Assembly (NCBI GenBank): GCA_964016885.1
Contig: OZ024745.1
Span: 100,254,001 to 100,318,000, forward strand
From: Eledone cirrhosa
Taxonomy: Eukaryota
Direction: 5' to 3'
DNA length: 64,000 bases
Of the stretch, positions 55,522 through 64,000 are shown one piece after another. The notes below the pieces were generated by a model that did not search any database, had not been told where the DNA came from, and saw nothing but the letters and a program-made list of their open reading frames with translations. The position numbers and the translations under genes are program-made. Numbering within the stretch: position 1 is the first letter of the stretch; each line of letters opens with the position of its first letter.

Positions 55522-55936
55522 AATACAGAAGACCCACCTTGCCTAAGTACAAAGCGAAACCTACAGTCAGTAGGCACCTCTAATAAAAATAGACCCCTGT
55601 CCCACTACCCCCACCTCATCCACACCACCCCCTTAAATGTGAAGTTATGTTGGTACCACAACATCCAGTCCGAAACAAATGAGGTTGTGTAGGTGTCACG
55701 ACAAAAAAACACACAGTCCACGCTGTAATGTGGCCGTGTAGGTAAGACGGTAAAAACCTCCTGGTCCACACTGTAAACATGGTTGGTGTTAGGAAGGGCA
55801 TCCAGCCGTAGAAAGCCCGCCAGACAGTCCTATACGAGCAGGACAACAAATCTTGCCATAAGTGGGAAAACTCCCGTCCAAACCTATGCAAGCGTGGAAG
55901 ATGGACGTTAAACGATGATGATGATGATGACGATGA
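55522..55936 (+). mobile_element. RTE family B 3' end, more diverged copy
   Basis: Homologous to 61085-61508; (GAT)n tail. Confidence 0.85.
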
Positions 55937-56037
55937 TATATATACACATACATACATATATATATATATATACATACATACATACATATATAATATAAAA
56001 CGAAAAATTAGTGATGCATCTGAACTCAATATATTGT

Positions 56038-56125
56038 GTGTTACAATTGTTTCGCCGGCAGACAGCTCGAGATGTGATCATTGTGTGGATCTGTCTGATT
56101 CTGGATCTGCAGGTTCGTCGGATAC
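56038..56125 (-). ncRNA. Decayed type I hammerhead ribozyme (Penelope-type)
   Basis: Minus strand GTAT-CCGACGA-ACCTGCAGA...TCTGCCGGC-GAAAC-AATT-GTA-ACAC; mismatches in stems I and II. Confidence 0.6.
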
Positions 56126-56278
56126 TTCTAATAATTTCGGATCAAATATTCTCACTGAGGTGTTAGCGTAAAAAAACATGCTCTTTGCTCGTCCTGCTAT
56201 TGGCAGTTGTTTTTCTATGTCATCATAAATTTTGACCAATAAGTACTGTCACACTGACCATGATCTCTCCATCTGTAT

Positions 56279-56630
56279 GGAGGCACATGGCTTAGTGGTT
56301 AGAGCATTGGCCTTGCAATCGATAGGTTGTGAGTTCAATTCTCAGACCATGTGATGTGTTGTTTCCTTGAGCAAGACACTTTATTTCACATTGCTCCAGT
56401 TTACTCAGCTGTAGAAATGAGATGATAGGGACTGGGGTCTATATCATACCACTGCAAAGTGGTTGTGGAGGTGCCACAGCAAAAAAAAAAAGCACCCAGC
56501 ACTCACTGTAAATGAGGTTGGTGTTAGGAAGGGCATCCAGCTGTAGAAATCAAGCCAGCATCAGTTCCCGTTCCACCCTTGCAAGCAGGGAAAAAGCGGA
56601 CGTAAAATGAAATGATGATGAAATGATGAT
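56279..56630 (+). mobile_element. SINE family 1
   Basis: Full copy with A/B boxes and RTE-A-type tail. Confidence 0.9.
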
Positions 56631-57345
56631 ATATATATACACACACTCACACACACACACACACACACACAATTATATAAATAACAACATCCGCACACCT
56701 ATACTCCCGCTATACATACGCACCCAAAGAGAACCCGTAAAACTATAGACATACGCATCTACAGACGCCTGCCTACATGCCCACGTACATTAACTCACAC
56801 ACACACACATACACACGCACATGCACATAGGTGAACACACATGCATATGCGTATATCTTACTCGTATACACAAACACGTACAGAGATATACATGCACATA
56901 CACACACGTGTCCATATATACAGGCACAAAAACAGACTCGCTCGCAAACACACATATATATATGTATACATATATATACACACAAACAAGCCCTTACCCT
57001 ACAATGGGTGCACGTACACACACACACTCGCTCATATACACTCTTACAAATACGCGCCTATTACCTACAGGCCCACGCACGTCTACAAAGATACATACAT
57101 ACATATACCTGTCTATACTCAAATATGAAATACACACAAAGTCATATAAAGCTACACAATGGGTCATACAAGGGTCATACATGAAAGGATGCATCTTGTT
57201 ATACACATGCACAAATATAAACAATATAACCATATACATACATCCATACACATACATATATATATATATATAGTAATAATAATAAATCCAAAGAGGGCTT
57301 GATAAGGATAAATATATATTGCTTAAACTTTAATCTGTTATTTTA

Positions 57346-57382
<37 letters not shown>

Positions 57383-57785
57383 TATATATATATACACACA
57401 TATATATATATACACATACACACACACACACATTTGTACATACACACACATATATAAAAAAACCTACACTATACTAAAATATACATATAACGTCATACAT
57501 TAAATGATGTATCTTGTAGTAAACATGCACAGATATAAACAATATAACCATATACATACATCCATACACTTACACATATACATATATATATTTATATATA
57601 CACACATATATATACATATACGCATACATATATACACACATATAAAAAAGAAATATACAATATATTAAAAATATACATATAACGTAACATAGAGATATAT
57701 AAAAAAGAAGAAGGGACGTGTATGCATATGAGATAGTACAAGGAGGAGTATGAGATGTACACTTGGGCCTGTATACGGAACAAAT

Positions 57786-57884
57786 AATTGTTTCTACTTT
57801 AGGCACAAGGCCAGCAATTAACCAGTGCATTACTGGTACTTTATTTTATCGACCCAGTAAGGATGAAAGGCAAAGTCAACCTCA
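57786..57884 (-). mobile_element. SINE family 2, 3' portion
   Basis: TTGTTTCTACTTTAGGCACAAGGCCAGCAATT...GGATGAAAGGCAAAGTCAACCTC. Confidence 0.75.
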
Positions 57885-58269
57885 ATATACGGAACAAATA
57901 ATGTGTTCCAAAATGGAATACGTGGAGAGTATGGACTCTCGATTGAAAAGGTACACATGCATGGAGGTGCGTGGACTGGCCATACTGGAGTATGTCACTG
58001 TGGTTGAGGTATGTTGTCATATAGGTGTAAGGTATTTGACTGAACGTCAGTAGAATCCGGGTCAACTTGTCCTGGCTCAGGCGATGTTCTTGCCTAAGGT
58101 GACGTGCAGAGTCGGGTATGCATCTTGGGTTATTTTGGTTTACCCCACGGGGCATATACTGTCATCAGGGTATGGTGTCTGATCCCTTGAACCCGTTTCG
58201 CTGCACTGGTCGGCGTACGCTCCGCCGCATGACTTTAGCCTGGGCTTCCCGGTAGATTCCATGCGGAGA

Positions 58270-58700
58270 GTGTGCACCTTCTCTGGTGTCTGCACGTCAT
58301 GATTATTTCCGATTTCAGGTTGACCGCATCATCCTTCAGTCTGACTATCTCCATGGCCTCGTATAGGCATAGGCTACACTTTCTAGCCGAGTATGCATTC
58401 GCGTGCCGAACGATACTCCAGTCAAGGGTGTACGGAGTCTTTCAAGTCCCACAACCAGGTCCGCCAGCCTAGTAGAGTGCCTCTTACTGCGGTCCCTGAA
58501 AGAGTTTGTGTGGTTATACATCCACGATTTAAAGGTCGTAGATGTTGTGCCAATGTAGGTGCACTTTATATTGTGCATGCTAACCACACATTTATATACC
58601 AGGCCCTTCGTCAGACATCTTCCCTGCGGGGGGCACTGGGTGCCCGCTCTGCAGTTACATGTTCTGTCGTTATTTGGTTCATTTCGGATGCCTGGCCCTT
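58270..58700 (-). mobile_element. Penelope-like element GIY-YIG endonuclease fragment, frameshifted
   Basis: Minus strand TCNCRAGTQCPPQGRCLTKGLVYKCVV...TYIGTTSTTFKSWMYNHTNSF...STRLAD, then after a frameshift WSIVRHANAYSARKCSLCLYEAMEI...NLKSEIIMTCRH. Confidence 0.88.
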
Positions 58701-58728
58701 GATCTGCTAGGACCCTCTCCCGATTCTC

Positions 58729-58768
58729 AGAGAGAGAGAACTAAAGTAAACTTTAGTTCTCTCTCTCT
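58729..58768. repeat. Perfect 19-bp inverted repeat with 2-nt spacer
   Basis: AGAGAGAGAGAACTAAAGT-AA-ACTTTAGTTCTCTCTCTCT. Confidence 0.9.
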
Positions 58769-59037
58769 AGTAGTGCGGACAATATCGGTCTCTCCACATG
58801 CTGATGACCCACAGGGCCGAATTGGAACACTCTTAAATGGCGAAACATTCTCCTGGTGAGTTTATACATGTGTGATCTAGGTATGAGGTTGGTTTCTCAT
58901 TTTAATTTATACTTTTAATTTTAATGTTTTTCCTATGCCTCTATTAGCTCATATTCTCTTCACGCTAGTGGTTTGAAATTCCTGTAAAGAAAAACACACT
59001 CTTCTGTGTCTGTCCCCTCTATATATTATATATACAA

Positions 59038-59068
<31 letters not shown>

Positions 59069-59221
59069 CATATATATATACATATATATATATACATATA
59101 CATATAGTAATAATAATAAATTTGAAGACTAAAATCCAAAGAGGGCTCGATAAGGATAAATATATATCAAATATATAAGAACCATAGAGCAAATATATAT
59201 ACATATATATATACATATATA

Positions 59222-59267
<46 letters not shown>

Positions 59268-59365
59268 TATATACATATACATATATATATTGGTCAATTC
59301 AAAACCTGTTCCCAAACAGACCTTTTATATTAAATCTTTGTTGGGTTTTTTTCAATAAACAAATC

Positions 59366-59505
59366 TCATCATTTCTGAAGACAGCATGTATGTATATGTG
59401 AAGGTATGCATATTTCCTCTGATAATTTGTATTATTTTTACATATATTTATATGATATACATACCAACACACATATACATCCTAGAAACGATCGCAAAAT
59501 GATGA
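59366..59505 (+). ncRNA. Decayed type I hammerhead ribozyme with long stem II
   Basis: TCATCATTT-CTGAAGA-CAGCATGTAT...ATACATCCTA-GAAAC-GATC-GCA-AAATGATGA; perfect 9-bp stem I; cleavage triplet GCA instead of GTA. Confidence 0.6.
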
Positions 59506-59668
59506 ATTGTTTTAATTTCATTGTTTTTATTAATTTATCTTGACTCTGTTTTCCTATGATATTTATTTTATCGAAAATTTTTGAATGCATCTTCTCTTTT
59601 CATGATATTTGGATTACATCGAGTTCTTCATACGGATTGGACACTACCGTATATTTTGGTAGATTTAT

Positions 59669-59904
59669 CTATATATATATATACAAATATATATAGATAT
59701 ATATATACATATTTATATACATATATATATATATATACATATTTATATACATATATATATATATATACATATTTATATACATATATATACATATATATAT
59801 ATATATATACATATTTATATACATATATATACATATATATATACAAACATATATATATACATATATATATATATACATATATATATACAAACATATATAT
59901 ATAC

Positions 59905-59935
<31 letters not shown>

Positions 59936-59954
59936 CATATATATATATACAAAC

Positions 59955-60000
<46 letters not shown>
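59669..60000. repeat. (TA)n/(TACA)n microsatellite
   Basis: Direct inspection. Confidence 0.95.
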
Positions 60001-60003
<3 letters not shown>

Positions 60004-61508
60004 TCAGCAAGGTTAGAATTAACAACGAATATAGTGAAGAGTTTAGCGTGAAAGTTGGCGTCCATCAGGGCTCTGTTCTCAGCCCCCTACTATTTATTAT
60101 TGCCCTTCAGGCTATAACAGAGGAGTTCAAGACCGGCTGCCCATGGGAACTCCTATACGCAGACGACCTGACACTCATAGCTGAATCAATGGCCGAGCTA
60201 GAGAAGAAATTCCAAACATGGAAGCATGGCCTAGAATCAAAAGGCCTTAAAATTAACCTGGCTAAGACTAAAGTTCTAGTTTGTAGGAAAGAAAATAAGG
60301 TGGCGGTCCCTTCTGGGAAATGGCCATGCTCAGTGTGTAGGAAAGGCGTAGGTAGAAACTCCATTTTATGTCCCAAATGCAAAGTATGGGTGCATAAAAG
60401 ATGTAGTGGGATCACAGGTAAGCTAACTAAGAACATAGATTTTACATGTGGCCGGTGCTCTGGTGCAATAAGTAGCAGCAAGTGCCCACAAAATACTAGC
60501 TCTTACAACTGCGCAGAGGGCTCTATAGAAATAGTGGACAGCTTCCGTTACCTGGGTGACAAAATCAGCAGTGGGGGAGGGTGTTCTGAAAGTACAGTAG
60601 CTAGAGTCAGAACTGGATGGAAAAAGTTCAGAGAGCTTATACCACTATTAGCTGCTAAAGGGTTCTCCCTAAAAATGAAAGGCAGGTTGTATGATGCCTG
60701 CATACGAACAGCAATGTTGCATGGCAGTGAGACCTGGGCATTGTGTGCAGAGGATATACGCAGACTAGAGAGGAACGAAGCTTGCATGCTCCGCTGGATG
60801 TGTAACAGTAATATACGTGAACGGCAAAGCATAAACGAACTAAGGAAAAAATTAGAAATAAGAGGGATCAGATGTTGTTTACTCGAGAGAAGGCTACGTT
60901 GGTATGGACACGTGATGCGCATGAAAGTCGATAGCTGTATAACAAAGTGCAGGGCAATAAAGATAGATGGTAGCCATGGAATAGGCAGACCTAGAAAAAC
61001 CTGGGACGAGCTGATAAACTCCGACCTCACACACTTACACCTCTCCAAGACAATGTCACTGGACCGAGACCTTTGGCGGTACTCAGTAACAGAGAAGACC
61101 CGCCTTACCTAAATACATAGTAAAACCTACTACAGCCAGTAGGCATCTCTAACAAAATACACCCCGTCCCACCACCCCCACCCCATCCACACCACCCCCT
61201 TCTATGTAAAGTTATGTTGGTGCCACGCCATCCAGGCCGAAACAAATGAGATCGTGTAGGTGTCATGACAAAAAAACACACAGTCCACGCTGTAATGTGG
61301 CCGTGTAGGCAACACCGTAAAAACCTCCCAGACCCACACTGTAAATGTGGTTGGTGTTAGGAAGGGCATCCAACTGTAGAAAACCTGCCAGACAGTCCTA
61401 TGCGAGCAAGACAATCACTCTTGCCTCAAGTGGGAATACCCCCGTCCAAACCCATGCAAGCGTGGAACACGGACGTTAAACGTTGATGATGATGATGATG
61501 ATGATGAT
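60001..61508 (+). mobile_element. RTE LINE family B, 5'-truncated with uninterrupted 354-aa ORF remnant and full 3' UTR
   Basis: ORF 60048-61112: [21 protein letters not shown]4HC3 finger, [23 protein letters not shown]; (GAT)n tail. Confidence 0.95.
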
Positions 61509-61542
61509 ATATACATATATGTATATACATATATACATATAC

Positions 61543-61573
<31 letters not shown>

Positions 61574-61603
61574 CATATATATACATACATATACATACAT
61601 ACT

Positions 61604-61635
<32 letters not shown>

Positions 61636-61637
61636 AC

Positions 61638-62188
61638 ATGGTGGCTGCCAACTCGTTTTCGAGTATGGCCACTACTTTATATCCATATAGGAGAACCCCT
61701 ACCGATGCGCTGAGCGAGTGTGACTTTTTAGTCTAGCCATCGACTTGAAAACTCTGGTACAAACACTACTCTTGTGACAATTATTGACACAGTGCTGGGC
61801 CTATGGTACCATGTGACGACAAGTGCACAGACATCTCCAGATACAAAGCAATGCCTGTGCCGTGAAGCTTTTATAGTGAGCAAAGGCACTGCACAAAGCC
61901 AGTCCCACTCTCTTAACCAAGATGATATTTACCAAAAAGAAGAACAAGTCAACATCATTGGATACCATCAGGATTGCAGGTGTTATATCAGAGTTTCCCT
62001 TCTCCTAGAATTCTGCCTTGACAAAGGCTAAGGGGTCATCTCTCCCAGTGATTTTGGATGGCCATTGACTCTTAAGAGCTCCTTTGCCCTTTGACAGGTT
62101 TTGTTTTTAGTCCTGCAGGATGTCCAAAGTCACCCTCCTCACCAAGAAACCTTGGTGGGGTTGCCAGTTTAGTCGCCAACGACCCGAC
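61638..62188 (-). mobile_element. Bipartite non-autonomous RTE-like element, second copy
   Basis: Colinear with 45557-46100. Confidence 0.6.
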
Positions 62189-62713
62189 ATACATATATAC
62201 ATATATATATATACATACATTTATATATACATACATATATACATACATACACACAAACATACATAAATACACTTACATACATATATTTATATACACACAC
62301 ACACCTTTGTGATGTTTGAGATAAATAACTCTAAATGTTGACAAATCACAGGCTTTCTTTTTCTGTATGTTTGACAAATTTATAATTATGTGAAATGTCT
62401 CTCATATTTCCTTCTAACCATAGAACAGAATCTAAATATATAAAGTAGCAAATTATTTTAATTAGGCATCAATTAGTAAGTGTTAATAAACTATACAAAA
62501 TATATGTCATTAATGAAATAGTGGTTTATCACATTAAGTATAAAATGATATGTAAATGAGACTAGTCAACTGGATTTGCTTCAGGACATTACCAAAGTAT
62601 ATAACTCTGGTTGATGAAAGTTAATCCTAATGTAAAGTAATATACCTAAATGTCTTGTGCTGTTCTGCATTTGCTACTCTGTAATCAATAATTAGTGAAA
62701 TACTAATATTATA

Positions 62714-62870
62714 ATTGTTTCTACTTTTGACACATGGCCAGCAATTACCCCAGTGCATTACTGGTACTCATCCGTAAGGATGAAAAGCAAAGTTAATCTC
62801 GGTGGAATTTGAACTCAGATCATAACAGACCGTAATTCTATGCAGCAAAGCATGTCATCTGACCTTACAA
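62714..62870 (-). mobile_element. SINE family 2, degraded
   Basis: Similar to 54630-54822 with an internal deletion. Confidence 0.75.
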
Positions 62871-63068
62871 AATCCAGAGTTATTGACATATCTTAGAGAA
62901 GTGGTATTAGAGATTAATAGAAATATAAAGAGCAGAAAAATACTTTCTTGGTGTACAAAATGAATTATTTACTGAGTTAATAAATGTTGCTTCATTCTTT
63001 TAGAATGAATATTTATGGATACATATTTCTTCAATATAATGTAAAGGAAAAGTAGAAAACAAATTTAA

Positions 63069-63267
63069 CCCTTTAGTATTCACATTATATATACTACTAT
63101 ATCTTCATGGTAAAGGTTTTATCACATAATATCGAATCTATGGGATTTTCATATTATTTGTTTTTATATATATCTTAACATCAATATGAGCAGCCAGTTA
63201 TGGTCAGTTTGAACAGAAAAAGGTGAGAGAACTCAGGTCGGATACAGCCGGTTTAAATGCTAAAGAG
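63069..63267. mobile_element. piggyBac-type MITE
   Basis: TTAA|CCCTTTAGTATT...AATGCTAAAGAG|TTAA: TTAA on both sides and imperfect 12-bp terminal inverted repeats; 199 bp; no ORF. Confidence 0.7.
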
Positions 63268-63332
63268 TTAAAAATTCAAACAATGACTTGGAAATTTCCT
63301 GTCTGCGTTAACAAGTTTCTCTAAATCCCATT

Positions 63333-63412
63333 TATAAAATGTGCTATATTGTGCTATAAAATGTGCTATAAAATGTGCTATATATAATGTGCTATAAAAT
63401 GTGCTATATATA
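63333..63412. repeat. 12-bp minisatellite (TATAAAATGTGC), about 6 copies
   Basis: Direct inspection. Confidence 0.85.
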
Positions 63413-64000
63413 ACTCTTTTGAAATGAAAGATATTGCCTGTAATTTTCAAATCATTTTGAAAATAACCAAAATCTTGGAAGGACTCCTTTTATTTTTCAC
63501 CTCTAGCAAGACAATAAAGCCACTAAAATACAATGGGTAACTGAACAGGGAAAAGAACAAGACAGAGAGAATATAGTTCCAAGAGAGAGAATTATGTTCT
63601 ACTCATCTTATTCCCTTCTTTTTTTACTATATTTAACTTACTCATTATTAAGCTGGTATTTGGAACATAGATTCTTACACAAAATGATGATGGAAGATTT
63701 TTAGATAAATATAAACCCCTTCAAATAAACAGCTTAGCAGCATAGAACCAAGGGTCTTTGCATGTGGTTTGGTATCAAAAGGGTTATGGTAACAATAGAT
63801 ACATCTACACACTTTCCTTTGACATTAATGATATTCTACACAGATAATATCACTCTACCTTTTTATGTCATCTGCATAATTTAGACACCTTACACCAAAC
63901 AGGAACTAATATGAACAGAGACCTTGAAACAACTTCCAATGGGAATATGACAGCCTATCTGGTCATATCTGGCCAAAATTATCTCACATCTTTCTGTTCA

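Noticed and set aside
58160-58202. Minus-strand GAAAC...CTGATGA as a permuted hammerhead
   Set aside because: Stems I and III cannot be paired consistently.
58800-58860. CTGATGA...GGCGAAAC as a functional hammerhead
   Set aside because: C-C mismatch at the base of stem II, and no valid NUH triplet with a matching stem I.
60048-61112. Functional or domesticated RT gene
   Set aside because: Starts mid-RT right after (TA)n and lacks the endonuclease and N-terminal RT motifs; best read as a young 5'-truncated insertion.

Overview
Eukaryotic, repeat-dominated window with no supportable host protein-coding gene. The SINE/LINE repertoire and (TA)n/(TACA)n load suggest a coleoid cephalopod such as Octopus (inference). 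Bases 1-32762 are a 50-bp tandem satellite (consensus GCAGTGTAGGACATGATAGGAACATAGGATATATTGTAGAGTTTACTGTG). It has irregular higher-order repeats to about 24.5 kb and a monomeric edge beyond that. Four 5'-truncated retroelement 3' ends interrupt the array: two copies each of two different elements, one clearly Tx1/L1-like. All four sit at the same monomer position (after AGGACATRATA), in the same orientation, and share a conserved ~45-nt 3' terminus, which suggests a satellite-targeting Tx1-type system. Bases 32.8-64 kb are an AT-rich transposon graveyard. It holds two RTE LINE families with a PHD-like C4HC3 finger inside ORF2, an R4/Dong-like RLE retrotransposon, two tRNA-derived SINE families and a bipartite non-autonomous RTE. 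It also holds Penelope remnants (a GIY-YIG fragment, fold-back repeats, one hammerhead ribozyme with an intact core and several decayed ones), a TTAA-flanked MITE and many microsatellites. Family names come from motif recognition by eye, not database searches, and boundaries are approximate.
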